IMG/VR virus record: IMGVR_UViG_3300036770_005778
Span: 1 to 64,000 of that record
Source: a virus
Length of the DNA: 64,000 nt
Reading direction: 5' to 3' (one strand)
The translations under genes and the position numbers were made by a program. Positions 1-9,845 of this stretch are shown in pieces (the first letter of the stretch is position 1; every line of letters starts with the position of its first letter). The notes beneath the pieces were generated by a model. That model was not told the origin of the DNA, did no database searches, and saw only the letters and a list, made by a program, of their open reading frames with translations.

Positions 1-264
1 CTGTCCTTCTCCGGCCAGCAACAGATCGTACATCATCTTGATGATCGCCATAGGTGACTTCATCGAATCAACTCTGTTGTAGAAGAAAGCGATTTTTTCT
101 GGCTTCATCCTACGTGCAGGCTTGCCCTTGATCAGTTCTTTGGCTCTGGCTTTGAGTGTTTCGAAATCTCTGATCTTTTCTAGACTCTTGATGTCGTCTA
201 TGGTAAAATTATCTTTGTTAGAATCTGCATCCTTGAGTTCAAGGATTACTTCACTGATTTTCAT
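1..264 (-). CDS. hypothetical protein (runs off window), possible virion internal protein
   Basis: Read manually: MKISEVILELKDADSNK..., open to the window edge; N-terminus resembles T4-like capsid-targeting leaders. Confidence 0.6.
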   Translation of the reverse strand, partial: MKISEVILELKDADSNKDNFTIDDIKSLEKIRDFETLKARAKELIKGKPARRMKPEKIAFFYNRVDSMKSPMAIIKMMYDLLLAGEGQ

Positions 265-494
265 GCTAATTTGGCTCCGATCATCACGCAACTGACCAAC
301 ATGTTCTTGATGTCCATGTCGTCGGCTTCTTCATTGAGTTTGTCAGAATTTATGAGATCAGCCATCAGTGCTTGATATTCACTTTCTGATATCTGACCTT
401 GTTGTAGGGCCCCTGTGATCTCTAGGGCAAATTGAGCACGTTGCTCAGCCCAGGGACGTCCGCAGGTGCTTAAGAATTGTAGTTGTTCGATCAT
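261..494 (-). CDS. hypothetical protein
   Basis: ORF overlapping both neighbours at start/stop codons. Confidence 0.65.
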   Translation of the reverse strand: MIEQLQFLSTCGRPWAEQRAQFALEITGALQQGQISESEYQALMADLINSDKLNEEADDMDIKNMLVSCVMIGAKLA

Positions 495-874
495 TACCAT
501 CTCCCCAGGATGACTCGACTGGCTCTCTCACCCTGTTGTATTAACAGTTTCTTCTTGAGTTCGCAGTAGGTCTTGGAACCTTCACCTCGCTGCGACCATT
601 CTTTGACTGTTGACTGCATGGGCTCAATGACACGGAGAACATCCTTCTGTAGTGTGCCCTTGGCTTCACTGTACATTTCAAACCAGCGCAGTTCTCGAGA
701 CAGCGACTCTATCTGCGGAATCTGTGGTTCTGAACAGTTGATGATCTCTACTCGTTGTCTGACATCTATGATGCGAGCTGATTGGTTATCATCCCAAAAA
801 GATGGTACCCAGTTCTGTATGGTAGAACAACCGGACAATAAAACCAACGCAGCGATCGAGATCCATTTAATCAT
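494..874 (-). CDS. putative lipoprotein
   Basis: MIKWISIAALVLLSGC lipobox; TAAATA 5 nt upstream of ATG. Confidence 0.7.
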   Translation of the reverse strand: MIKWISIAALVLLSGCSTIQNWVPSFWDDNQSARIIDVRQRVEIINCSEPQIPQIESLSRELRWFEMYSEAKGTLQKDVLRVIEPMQSTVKEWSQRGEGSKTYCELKKKLLIQQGERASRVILGRW

Positions 875-889
875 AATCGTATTTACCAA

Positions 890-1456
890 TCAACGGAAAT
901 TGAACGGTATGCTGATCTTAACGCCTGTGCAGGTACTGACAGAATGCGTGAGCCAAGCAGGGAACAGCACCAATTTACCCGTTTGGGCGGGCATACGCAC
1001 ATACGACTGTTGGGGGTCCACGCTGCTGGGCCATGCTCGATTCATCATCAAGGGGTTGGGATTGCGGAACCATAGATCGCCGTTGCCAGGCTCTGCTTGA
1101 TAATAATAGATACCGCTGATCTTGCAGCCCGGGTGTTCATGATCGCCCATATAACCCCCTGATTCATAGATGTTGACCCAACTTTCGCAGAGATCCAGCG
1201 GTCCTGAGGTCTGCAGAGATTGGCAGTAGTCCGATACTGATTCCAGTATGACCTGCAGCAGAGCCTGCATCTGATGTTCTAATATATCATTGCTGCCTGT
1301 GTGTCTGTATGTGGTCTGTACGCTGTGTCTGGCACTGTCTCTGTGCAGAGCCAAACGATCCCAGACTGCAGAGACCTCTTCTCTGATCCACTGCTGTTCT
1401 TGGCTGTCTATGATCCGAGCCCAGATGGGCACGGCGAATATCTGTTCTGTGTTCAT
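890..1456 (-). CDS. 2OG-Fe(II) oxygenase family protein (TIGR02466-like)
   Basis: WVNIY...DHEHP..ISGIYY...LFPAWLTHSV...KISIPFN motifs. Confidence 0.8.
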   Translation of the reverse strand: MNTEQIFAVPIWARIIDSQEQQWIREEVSAVWDRLALHRDSARHSVQTTYRHTGSNDILEHQMQALLQVILESVSDYCQSLQTSGPLDLCESWVNIYESGGYMGDHEHPGCKISGIYYYQAEPGNGDLWFRNPNPLMMNRAWPSSVDPQQSYVRMPAQTGKLVLFPAWLTHSVSTCTGVKISIPFNFR

Positions 1457-2076
1457 ATGAAATGTAGATAAGTGCTGAGTATGTATTTGTCTGTGACCCG
1501 GGGTTCGTGACCTATGTGCGGCCACTGCAGGCCTGGAGGGAACATCAACAATCTGCCCTGGCGGGCTTCTACAGTGATGTTTTCTAGAGGAAACTCTGTG
1601 CCCGCATCTGAATCATTGAGATAGAACAGAAAAGCCAAGAATCTAGTGCTCATTTCTCTGCAACCGGCATCTGTGTGTATGGGGAACTGATCACCCGTGC
1701 CCGCTTTGTAGCCTTTGATGCGGAACCCTTCCATGGTGAAATCTTCAGGAAAACTGTGCAGATGATCCCAATGTTCTCTGTAATCTCCTACTACAGAATA
1801 AACACAGTCTACCAGATGTTGGCATTCTTCAGTGAAATCCTGGCGGCGCAACACACCTCGCAGCAACTCCTGGGTGGTAAACTGCCTGTAGGTGCGGCTG
1901 TAGAGGCTGAGTTCCCAGAGCCGTGGATAGTCCTGCCTGCGCAGTTGTTGGTCCTGGCACTCAGTGAATCGATCTATGAGGTGATCACAGAACTCCGGGG
2001 TCAGCACTCCGTCCACGACCCGTATCCAATTTTCGTCCATGCTGATCTGCATGTTGATATTTACTGGCAGAGTCAA
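1453..2076 (-). CDS. 2OG-Fe(II) oxygenase (prolyl-4-hydroxylase-like)
   Basis: HTD...FLFYLND..GTEF...LMFPP...PHIG...KYILST. Confidence 0.85.
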   Translation of the reverse strand: MTLPVNINMQISMDENWIRVVDGVLTPEFCDHLIDRFTECQDQQLRRQDYPRLWELSLYSRTYRQFTTQELLRGVLRRQDFTEECQHLVDCVYSVVGDYREHWDHLHSFPEDFTMEGFRIKGYKAGTGDQFPIHTDAGCREMSTRFLAFLFYLNDSDAGTEFPLENITVEARQGRLLMFPPGLQWPHIGHEPRVTDKYILSTYLHFI

Positions 2077-2849
2077 CTGCCCAGGGCTATACTGAATGCG
2101 ATGTTCAGCGGCTGCTGCGCCCGTATCTCGGCAGCCACGAAGTCTCTGCGTGTGGCGCTGCTGGCCAAGGTGCCCTGGCTGGTCAGCTCCACGGTGCCCA
2201 CGAAATTGCCCGTGGTGGCCGAAGTATCTAACACTAGATTCAACTGATAGTTGGGTGCTGATCCCGTGAGGGTGGCCGATGAGCCCAGGCCCGTGGGATT
2301 CTGTGTCACGGTGCCTATGGTGATAGTGGGCACCACCTGGCCCGCATTGATGTCCTGTAGATCGTCCAGGATCACACGTAGATCACCGTTGCTGTCCACG
2401 AACACATCACCGATGCCCAGTCCAGGCGTGCCGGGCTCACCTACTACTGTGACAGTGGCTGAGCCCAGTGTCGCAGCGGGTCTCAGGGCCACAGTGGCTG
2501 AAGTGGCTATTTCTGTGAGCCGTTGGCCCTGGGTGTCCGTGATGTTCTGAGGCTGTATCTCCGTTTCTCGATCCGGAAACACCGTGACCCCCGTGCGCGA
2601 GTTTTCTTCGTAGATCTCCTGCCAGCGCAGGGTCCAAGCGGGGCGATCCCTGTAGACTTCCGTGCCCAGGGTCATGCTGACGATCTGCTGCGGGCGGCGC
2701 AGTTGAGGAGCACGAGGTGTCACGATCTCCGATCTGCGATAGACCAGATAGATCTGGTTGATGATCCTAGTGATGTCCGTGCTGCCACGAGCAGTTTCAC
2801 TGACTATCAGAGAGTTCAGTTGCTCGCGAGTGAGGGAAAGTTCTGCCAT
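2073..2849 (-). CDS. putative virion structural / tail-fibre-associated protein
   Basis: Thr/Gly-rich beta-strand composition, C-terminal IAFSIALG; TAAATA upstream. Confidence 0.5.
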   Translation of the reverse strand: MAELSLTREQLNSLIVSETARGSTDITRIINQIYLVYRRSEIVTPRAPQLRRPQQIVSMTLGTEVYRDRPAWTLRWQEIYEENSRTGVTVFPDRETEIQPQNITDTQGQRLTEIATSATVALRPAATLGSATVTVVGEPGTPGLGIGDVFVDSNGDLRVILDDLQDINAGQVVPTITIGTVTQNPTGLGSSATLTGSAPNYQLNLVLDTSATTGNFVGTVELTSQGTLASSATRRDFVAAEIRAQQPLNIAFSIALGS

Positions 2850-2923
2850 ATTGGATATTTATCGGCAGCACAGAGTCTACGAGCCGCGAAGCGGCGCAGC
2901 CAGCGCAAAAATTTGCAGCCTGC

Positions 2924-3067
2924 TTAGAGGTTCATGCCCACTAGAACTCCTAGACTGATCCAAGCCAATCTAGTTAACGTCCTGCGCACACGCTGTCGCC
3001 AACGATAGACGATGGGTGCGAAGGCAATGGCCAGCAAGACTGCCGATAACAGGGTGTCCGAGGGCAT
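2924..3067 (-). CDS. small membrane protein
   Basis: Two hydrophobic segments; start uncertain. Confidence 0.35.
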   Translation of the reverse strand: MPSDTLLSAVLLAIAFAPIVYRWRQRVRRTLTRLAWISLGVLVGMNL

Positions 3068-3117
3068 GCTCTGGAGATAATTTACGACGTCGAGGTCCAC
3101 TGAGTATATAGTGGCTG

Positions 3118-3306
3118 CTAGGCTATGAGATAGATATAAGTGGCAGTCTCCGGTGTGCATTCGATCATGACGAACACTAGATCGTCCGTGAGCCTGTGCT
3201 GTATGCCCAATATGTACTGATGACTGCCCTCAGCATACAGTGTTTCTAGGTAATCAGTGACTCGCTCTAACTGGGCTTCAGTGACAGTAAAGGTGTATAA
3301 CATCAT
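3118..3306 (-). CDS. hypothetical protein
   Basis: 62-aa ORF with TAAATA just upstream. Confidence 0.55.
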   Translation of the reverse strand: MMLYTFTVTEAQLERVTDYLETLYAEGSHQYILGIQHRLTDDLVFVMIECTPETATYIYLIA

Positions 3307-3365
3307 GTATTTACGATAAGTATGTGTATGGATACCTTACTTCGCCCTGCTGTGGGTCTGAGTCT

Positions 3366-3536
3366 ATGATGATCACTGCTACTACCGTATGGCTGCTGGT
3401 GCTGATCACTCCCGGAGGCACTATGAGCCTACAGAGCATACACGCTAGTCCGGAAGCATGCGAGGCCGCTAGGCGGACATATGAGACCAGCAGATACTAC
3501 CGTGCAGAGTGCAGAGCCAAGGAGCGTGAGAGATGA
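3366..3536 (+). CDS. small secreted/membrane protein
   Basis: Hydrophobic N-terminus, Cys pair. Confidence 0.5.
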   Translation: MMITATTVWLLVLITPGGTMSLQSIHASPEACEAARRTYETSRYYRAECRAKERER

Positions 3537-3631
3537 TGTTAGAACAGTTGGTGTTTTGGTTAGCGACAGGCTCAGTGGGCCTGTTGATCATCATAGTGCT
3601 GTTGATGCTGTGGGCGCTGTGGCAGCGATGA
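3533..3631 (+). CDS. small single-TM protein (32 aa)
   Basis: Manual: MMLEQLVFWLATGSVGLLIIIVLLMLWALWQR, GGAG upstream. Confidence 0.45.
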   Translation: MMLEQLVFWLATGSVGLLIIIVLLMLWALWQR

Positions 3632-3750
3632 CGGAATGGCCCCGCTGTAAGATTGCTTGACAGGCAGGCAATCAACTAGGTGCGTCAGTAAGTGTGATTT
3701 ACTGCGGCCAGAATGCTTGTAGAGCCTGATAAACAGGCCGAGGGGAACAA

Positions 3751-3790
3751 AAGGGTGTGAAAAAGTGTGATAAAGTGTGGAATTGTGTGA
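3751..3790. repeat. four 10-bp phased GTGTG repeats
   Basis: aagggtgtga aaaagtgtga taaagtgtgg aattgtgtga. Confidence 0.6.
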
Positions 3791-4210
3791 CCATTTTAGC
3801 ATAGCCTCATCAACCACCGTCCATCAAAAAAAATCTACTGTGATCTCAGTGTGCTCGAGTGCTCAAACGATCAAAAAACCTAGTTTAGGCCAAGGCCCCG
3901 CTGCGTGATCTCGCGTGATCTACTATCGATATTACCGTAAGTGTGGGACTCTCAGACAGCGCTGAGTATACATATACTGTATGAGAGTCTGGTTCTACAT
4001 TCTACTGCTCTGGTTCATGTTCTCGCTACTGTATATCTCAGGTGAGTTCCTATCCTGCTACTACATGATCCCAGGATCTTCTGGGTGGTGCGAGCCCGTA
4101 TTAAGGCTGTTTTGGTAAATGGCCCCGCTGCGGGGTCGTTGACAATTCTCGTATATACGTGTATAATAGTCATTGTTGTGATAGAAACCATACTGAACCA
4201 AAGGCGATCA

Positions 4211-4456
4211 ATGACTCTACCAGACGAGCGATATCGAGCATTAAAGTGGGCTGAGGAGTTCCTCAAGGATCTCCAGGATCCTCAAAAGACTCCCAGGGTT
4301 CCCAAGACCGTCAGGGCACAGGCTCGCAGCATATTGCGGCATTATCCCGGAGAATACTATCTAGAGCAGATGGCTCGACGATCGCCGGACATCATACAGC
4401 CCCAGATGGAGGCTGTCCACAAGTTCATATTACAAGGGCAGCAGCAGGATAACTAA
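4211..4456 (+). CDS. conserved phage hypothetical protein
   Basis: MTLPDERYRA...TPRVPK..R..A...LRHYP motif; promoter at 4139. Confidence 0.75.
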   Translation: MTLPDERYRALKWAEEFLKDLQDPQKTPRVPKTVRAQARSILRHYPGEYYLEQMARRSPDIIQPQMEAVHKFILQGQQQDN

Positions 4457-4462
4457 ATTACC

Positions 4463-4539
<77 letters not shown>

Positions 4540-4571
4540 AACATCGACAGCAGCATGAGCAGCAGCACATT

Positions 4572-4647
4572 CCGCCCTTAGCTCAGGGGATAGAGCAACA
4601 GCCTTCTAAGCTGTGGGTCAGACGTTCGATTCGTCTAGGGCGGGCCA
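4572..4647 (+). tRNA. tRNA-Arg(TCT)
   Basis: CCGCCCT...AGGGCGG-G-CCA, loop CTTCTAA. Confidence 0.93.
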
Positions 4648-4668
4648 GAGTACAGCAGCAACAGCACT

Positions 4669-4753
4669 GCGACCGTGGTGAAATAGGTAGACACAAGAGA
4701 CTTAAAATCTCTCGACTTCGGTCATGCCGGTTCGATTCCGGCCGGTCGCACCA
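4669..4753 (+). tRNA. tRNA-Leu(TAA)
   Basis: GCGACCG...CGGTCGC-A-CCA, loop CTTAAAA, long variable arm. Confidence 0.93.
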
Positions 4754-4771
4754 CTCACAGCAGCAACAGAG

Positions 4772-4797
4772 ACCCTACCCTGAGTAGGGTTTCTTTT
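4772..4797 (+). terminator. intrinsic terminator after tRNA cluster
   Basis: ACCCTAC-loop-GTAGGGT followed by TTCTTTT. Confidence 0.7.
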
Positions 4798-4976
4798 GGG
4801 TCAGTAGGCGCTGACTTTCCGCTGCGGAGAAGATCACGTGTCGCGAACAGTTGGTAAGCACTGACTAGGAGGGGCAGTGCCTAGCGTGTGGCATTTTGGC
4901 AACAGGTGATCTTTTGGTAGACAATTAGGCAGTCTGGGTGCATAATACTAGTATGATGAAGCAGACGGAGCGGACA

Positions 4977-5300
4977 ATGGCTAGAGCAAAGCGATCAGAT
5001 CGCAATCACATCATCTACGAACTGGTGTTGCCCCAGGGCAATTACATCGGAGTCACGGCCAAGACGGAGACCACTGTACTGAAGTCGGTGCGGGCTAGGG
5101 CCGCCAAGCACTTCTACCGCGCCAAGACGGAGACCAAGAACTGGCTGCTCTGCGAAGCGCTGAGAGGGATCGCTAGCAAAGAAGACATAGAGATCCGTGT
5201 ACACGAGATCGTCCGTGGCAAAGCAGATGCCCACAAGCGGGAAGTTGAGATCCGCAGGACTGTGAAGCCCACCCTGAACACGGATGTAAGGGGAGATTGA
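4977..5300 (+). CDS. GIY-YIG-like nuclease domain protein
   Basis: IIYEL...NYIGVT...R...H...E...LN pattern. Confidence 0.6.
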   Translation: MARAKRSDRNHIIYELVLPQGNYIGVTAKTETTVLKSVRARAAKHFYRAKTETKNWLLCEALRGIASKEDIEIRVHEIVRGKADAHKREVEIRRTVKPTLNTDVRGD

Positions 5301-5301
5301 C

Positions 5302-5469
5302 ATGATCGACTTAGGTGAATTTGATGCACGGGCTACAATCCGGGCCAGTGCCGAGGAGCAGGACTCAGTGTTCGCCCGGCATCGGGCCAGAGTCCAGGCC
5401 TTGATGCTTGACAAAAGACCTGAATGGGCATACAATAGAGACTTAGTTAAACAAAAGGAGCGAAGATGA
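5302..5469 (+). CDS. hypothetical protein (55 aa)
   Basis: Manual ORF MIDLGEFDARAT..., GGAG upstream. Confidence 0.45.
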   Translation: MIDLGEFDARATIRASAEEQDSVFARHRARVQALMLDKRPEWAYNRDLVKQKERR

Positions 5470-5717
5470 AAGCACTAAACGATTACGTAGAAGGACGCAA
5501 CCGTATCCGCGCACTGTTCAAGCAACGGCCCTTGAGCCTAGACAGTGCCAAGGATCGGCAGCAACTGGCCGACGACATCTCCTGCTCGCTGAGCCCGGAG
5601 AACTTGACCTGCGACGGTGAGATTCCTAGGTCGGTGGTAGAGAAGAAGTACCGGATGCTGACCCAGGTGCGGGGGCAACTCCTGCGCATGGACCCTGCGG
5701 TTTCATTCTACGAATAG
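5466..5717 (+). CDS. conserved phage early protein
   Basis: LSPENLTCDGE motif; own promoter and RBS. Confidence 0.8.
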   Translation: MKALNDYVEGRNRIRALFKQRPLSLDSAKDRQQLADDISCSLSPENLTCDGEIPRSVVEKKYRMLTQVRGQLLRMDPAVSFYE

Positions 5718-5725
5718 GGGGCTGT

Positions 5726-5857
5726 ATGCAACGAGGAACTATCTGCGTCTTGCGCTGGGCTTGGATCGACGGAGTATGCGAAGAGTTGATCATGCCCTTG
5801 AACGATCAGTGGCAGTACCGAGAGTGGTCGGGTTGTTTTAGCTATCTAGGAGATTGA
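5726..5857 (+). CDS. hypothetical protein (43 aa)
   Basis: Manual ORF filling the gap. Confidence 0.4.
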   Translation: MQRGTICVLRWAWIDGVCEELIMPLNDQWQYREWSGCFSYLGD

Positions 5858-5858
5858 T

Positions 5859-6332
5859 ATGGAAACGGTAACATTACGCGGTGAGGACTTCAAGATCATC
5901 CACAACACCCTCTGCGATCTCAGGAACTTGGTGAGTCGTATGGAACGCAGCATGATCAAGGTCGACGAGTTCGATCGCATCATAGAGGGCTTCCAAATGG
6001 GGCTAGCAGATGCCTACGAGCAGGACGGTAGTGCCTTTGATCGCAAGACGGACTACTACAACCAGTTCCGTGAGGACAACGGGCTCCGGGCCATCTGGTC
6101 GATCTTCGAACTTGAAGAGCACGGGTTCCTGTTCAATCATCCCTGGGAGGGTGCCTCAATCCTGGTATACGGGCGAATCACAGTGAAGATCCAGGGTCCA
6201 ACCTGGGCAGACCTGTATCGTGCCGCTGACCTAGCCATAGAAGAGAGTGGTGACGATCACCATATCTTCATCGAGGGTTTTGGCAAATATGCCACAGACA
6301 ACTCCATGCTGGAGTTGACAACTGGCAGTTGA
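5859..6332 (+). CDS. hypothetical early protein
   Basis: AGGAG RBS; GDDHHIFIEGF motif. Confidence 0.75.
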   Translation: METVTLRGEDFKIIHNTLCDLRNLVSRMERSMIKVDEFDRIIEGFQMGLADAYEQDGSAFDRKTDYYNQFREDNGLRAIWSIFELEEHGFLFNHPWEGASILVYGRITVKIQGPTWADLYRAADLAIEESGDDHHIFIEGFGKYATDNSMLELTTGS

Positions 6333-6373
6333 GATCGTATAATAGAGACTTAGTTAACTGAAAGGAGCGCGAA

Positions 6374-6571
6374 ATGAACAAAGTGTATATCGTAGCAGGC
6401 GACAACGGTCTGGGCAACTCGGGCAATGTCGTGTTGGGTCTGTACCCCACGCAGGCTTTGGCTGAGAAGCGGGTAGAACAAGCCCGAGGAGTAGAAGCAG
6501 AATACGTCTACTTTGATGTGGTAGAAGTTGGCGCTGAGGGGGCCGATTGCCGCGTGGCAGTAGAAGGTTGA
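6374..6571 (+). CDS. hypothetical early protein
   Basis: Own promoter and GGAGCG RBS. Confidence 0.75.
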   Translation: MNKVYIVAGDNGLGNSGNVVLGLYPTQALAEKRVEQARGVEAEYVYFDVVEVGAEGADCRVAVEG

Positions 6572-6626
6572 CAATTGGGCAGTTTGGGCATACAATAGAG
6601 ACTTAGTTAACAACAAGGAGCGAGCA

Positions 6627-7034
6627 ATGGGTACACGATCACGAGTGGCCGTCATGCACGGCGACGTCTGCAAGTCAGTCTACTGCCACTACGACGGCTA
6701 TCTGGACTACACGGGCAGGATCCTGCAGGAACACTACGACAGCACACGGGCCAATCTCTTGGTGTCCATGGGTGATAACTCGGGCGTCAAAGAGACCGTA
6801 GAGGAGATGAACTTCTACAAGGACCGTGGTGAGGATGACGTTGACTTCCGTGTAGCCCACTCCTTCGAGGAGTTCCTGGAGCAGGTAGATCGTTGTTGCG
6901 GCGAATACTACTATGTGATGCGAGACGGCGTTTGGTACGCAGGGTGCCTCTACGAAACGGCTGGCTTGATCAAGAACGGGCTGGTTCCTTTGGCTGAGGC
7001 ATTGCAGGCCCTTGCAGTAGCAGAGGACGAATAA
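6627..7034 (+). CDS. conserved phage early protein
   Basis: MGTRS...VYCHYDGY...EYYY motif; own promoter. Confidence 0.8.
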   Translation: MGTRSRVAVMHGDVCKSVYCHYDGYLDYTGRILQEHYDSTRANLLVSMGDNSGVKETVEEMNFYKDRGEDDVDFRVAHSFEEFLEQVDRCCGEYYYVMRDGVWYAGCLYETAGLIKNGLVPLAEALQALAVAEDE

Positions 7035-7119
7035 CCCACCCTGTTGTAGGGTTTCTGGGCTTGACAAAAGAGCCCAGAGGCAGTACAATAGAGACTTAGT
7101 TAACAACAAGGAGCGAACT

Positions 7120-7359
7120 ATGCGGGACCACCCAAACATGTCGTATTGCATGTGCAACAATACGGAAGCCGCACTCAACCAGATCATGGACGCCATGGAC
7201 GAGCAGGGCGACGTAGACTTTGTAAAAGATTTGAGCATGGACGAACTACGCTCGTTCAACGAGATCGCGTTCATCGCTCGCCAATTCGCACAGAGGGCAG
7301 AGCGTGCCGTAGATCAAGTGATCAACGATCGGGTCGACGAAGTGCTTGACAAAGAGTGA
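7120..7359 (+). CDS. hypothetical early protein
   Basis: NMSYCM.NNT motif; own promoter. Confidence 0.75.
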   Translation: MRDHPNMSYCMCNNTEAALNQIMDAMDEQGDVDFVKDLSMDELRSFNEIAFIARQFAQRAERAVDQVINDRVDEVLDKE

Positions 7360-7403
7360 GTTTGGCCGTACAATAAAGACTTAGTTAACAAATAGGAGCG
7401 ACT

Positions 7404-8498
7404 ATGTATATCACATTCACAGAGGGCTGGTACAATATCAAGGGTCAGCCCACTAACGTTGGTGGACTCACTTTCAAACTAGTTGAGGACTACAAAGTAG
7501 CCAAGACTGGTGAGGGCTATGTTACAGTCGAAGGTGGTAGCCAGCCCGGCTTCCCTGATCGTAGCATCCGCATCAAATGCCGTCAGGGTGCCTACAATGT
7601 CGCAGGCAGTGCCAAACCCATCCCACAAGGAGTAGCAATGCTGACAGCATTGAAGAGCAAGAAAGGTGAGACTGTAACGGACTTCACCCAGGTCAAGGTC
7701 GAAGACTCGGCTGTAGCACACGAGACTGACGAAGAGATCATCGAGCGGACTCGCATGCGTTTCCAGATCCTCAAGGACATGACGCAGGCAGTCAAAGGCG
7801 GTGATGTACGTGCTATGATCGTCACAGGCCCTCCAGGCGTGGGCAAGTCGTTTGGCGTCGAAGAAGTACTTGCCAAAGACGACCTGTTCGACCTGATGGG
7901 TCAGCGCAAGCCCAAGTACGAGATCGTCAAAGGTGCTATGAGTGCCATCGGACTCTACTCCAAACTGTACAAATACAGTGACCCGAAGAGCATCTTGGTG
8001 TTCGACGACTGCGACAGCATCCTGCTGGACGATGTGGCGCTGAACATCTTGAAGGCTGCTTTGGATTCCAGCAAGAAGCGTACTATCTCGTGGAACACTG
8101 ACAGCCGTCTGCTCCGTTCAGAAGGAGTGCCTGACAAGTTCGACTTCAAGGGTGGTGCTATCTTCATCACCAACTTGAAGTTTGAGAACGTGCGTTCAAA
8201 GAAACTACAAGAGCACTTGGCTGCTTTGGAGAGCCGCTGTCACTATATCGATCTGCGCATGGACACGGATCGAGAGAAGATGCTCCGTATCAAGCAGATC
8301 GTCAAGGACGGTATGTTGGACAGTTACGAGTTAGAAGACTTCGCCAAAGATGAGGTCGTGAACTTCATCGACGATCATCGTGGCGTCATGCGCGAACTGA
8401 GCCTGCGTACTGTGCTGAAAGTAGCAGATCTGCGCAAGAGTTTCCCTGCCAATTGGCAGAACATGGCTAAGGTTACTGTCATGAAGGGAGCCTACTGA
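7404..8498 (+). CDS. AAA+ ATPase with N-terminal extension
   Basis: Walker A GPPGVGKS, Walker B LVFDD, ITN sensor, SR arginine finger. Confidence 0.85.
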   Translation: MYITFTEGWYNIKGQPTNVGGLTFKLVEDYKVAKTGEGYVTVEGGSQPGFPDRSIRIKCRQGAYNVAGSAKPIPQGVAMLTALKSKKGETVTDFTQVKVEDSAVAHETDEEIIERTRMRFQILKDMTQAVKGGDVRAMIVTGPPGVGKSFGVEEVLAKDDLFDLMGQRKPKYEIVKGAMSAIGLYSKLYKYSDPKSILVFDDCDSILLDDVALNILKAALDSSKKRTISWNTDSRLLRSEGVPDKFDFKGGAIFITNLKFENVRSKKLQEHLAALESRCHYIDLRMDTDREKMLRIKQIVKDGMLDSYELEDFAKDEVVNFIDDHRGVMRELSLRTVLKVADLRKSFPANWQNMAKVTVMKGAY

Positions 8499-8689
8499 TG
8501 GGCTCTTTCATGAAAGTGGGTGGGATCGTGGCACTCATCCTGTTCCTGATCCTCGTAGGGCCTCTGTTAACTATTTGGGCCCTGAACACCCTGTTCCCCG
8601 TGTTGGCTATCCCCTACACGGTTTGGACATGGTTTGCCGTGGTGATCTTAGCGGCGGCAGTTCGAGCAAACGTTTCAGTCAAACGGTAA
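8498..8689 (+). CDS. small membrane protein
   Basis: Two hydrophobic helices; translationally coupled. Confidence 0.7.
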   Translation: MGSFMKVGGIVALILFLILVGPLLTIWALNTLFPVLAIPYTVWTWFAVVILAAAVRANVSVKR

Positions 8690-8786
8690 GACTGAGGCTT
8701 GCGATAGTTTCGAAAGATGCTATAATTATTGAACGCTGAATAAAAGTAATCAGCTATTTTTAACTTAACTTAAAGGAAACACACAC

Positions 8787-9059
8787 ATGAAGTTCATTTC
8801 TAAAGACACCAAGACTTTCAAGGTCTTCAATGCTCTGTACAACGGTGAGCGTCTCACCCAATCGCAGGCAGCCAAGCGTTTCGGCGTAAAGAACCTCAGC
8901 GCTGAAGTCAGCCGTATCCGTTCTAATGGTTACGCTGTCTACACTCGCAACCGTACCGCTGGCAACAATGTCACGGTCACTGAGTACGAGATGGGCAAGC
9001 CCAGCCGTGAGATCGTTGCTCTCGGCTACAAGGCCAAGGCCATGGGCATCACCCTGTAA
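8787..9059 (+). CDS. winged-helix DNA-binding protein
   Basis: LTQSQAAKRFGVKNLSAEVSRIRSNGYAV HTH pattern, basic. Confidence 0.7.
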   Translation: MKFISKDTKTFKVFNALYNGERLTQSQAAKRFGVKNLSAEVSRIRSNGYAVYTRNRTAGNNVTVTEYEMGKPSREIVALGYKAKAMGITL

Positions 9060-9063
9060 GGTT

Positions 9064-9103
9064 TCAAACACCCAAGCCGATTCGCTCCCGGGGCGGGGTT
9101 TGA
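9064..9103 (+). ncRNA. candidate 3'-UTR hairpin RNA with anti-RBS loop (copy 1)
   Basis: Stem TCAAAC.CCC...CCG / CGG...GGG.GTTTGA enclosing ATTCGCTCC, upstream of a terminator. Confidence 0.5.
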
Positions 9104-9134
9104 GGGCTGTGGCAGAAATGTCACAGCCCTTTTT
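9103..9134 (+). terminator. intrinsic terminator
   Basis: AGGGCTGTGGCA-GAAA-TGTCACAGCCCT + T-tract. Confidence 0.8.
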
Positions 9135-9212
9135 CTTTCTGGCACTCCAAACCGGTTGACAATTGGGCGGCCCGGCTATATAATAGAGATAATGGATAAC
9201 AAGGAGCGAACC

Positions 9213-9845
9213 GTGGAATTCACAGCAGATCAAGTTTGGGCCTATGCTGTCACAGCAGATCGCATCAACGGTGGCTATGTGAAAATGGATCAGTGGAGCA
9301 CTGATGGCCAGTGCGTGATCAAGCGGGCCAACAAGATGATGGTCAAAGAGTGGCTCCGCGAGAACTACTGCGGTGAGGACACCGAAGCGGATTGGGAGAC
9401 TGGCCGCAGGTTCCGCCAGCATTTCAACTCTTACACCTTCTTGGCTATCCAGGGCAAACTCAACGACTTCCAGCGGCAGGCTCTGAAGATCGCACAGATG
9501 GACCGGTTCACGGGCAAGAATATGCTAGAGTTCTCGATCATCTCGTGCCTGCCCGATGTGGCCCGTAGAGATCAAGCCCAGAACAAGTTCAAGCAGGATC
9601 TATATGCTTCCGAACCCATCCAGGGTGCCGAGGGAGAAAAGATCTCGGGCTACTTCACAGTAGAGCAATGCCGGTTCAACCCCAACTACAATAAATTCAG
9701 GATCCAGGGTCGTATGGGCGAATCGTTCGTGGACTTTTGGTTCGGGCGGGAACTGTTAGTAGGCGCTAACTTACCCATCAAGGGCAAGATCAAGCGGCTG
9801 CGTGGCGATAAAACCACACAGTTGAATTTCGTTAGAGTAGGTTGA
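9213..9845 (+). CDS. conserved phage protein, possible C-terminal OB-fold
   Basis: GTG start after GGAGCGA; ends KTTQLNFVRVG. Confidence 0.7.
   Translation: MEFTADQVWAYAVTADRINGGYVKMDQWSTDGQCVIKRANKMMVKEWLRENYCGEDTEADWETGRRFRQHFNSYTFLAIQGKLNDFQRQALKIAQMDRFTGKNMLEFSIISCLPDVARRDQAQNKFKQDLYASEPIQGAEGEKISGYFTVEQCRFNPNYNKFRIQGRMGESFVDFWFGRELLVGANLPIKGKIKRLRGDKTTQLNFVRVG

Noticed and set aside
4977-5300. Mobile homing endonuclease
   Set aside because: Only 107 aa, with no DNA-binding extension or intron context; kept as GIY-YIG-like only.
5408-7403. Repeated ATAGAGACTTAGTTAA as a CRISPR or attC array
   Set aside because: Repeats are promoter/leader units separated by whole genes; no cas or integrase gene and no regular spacing.
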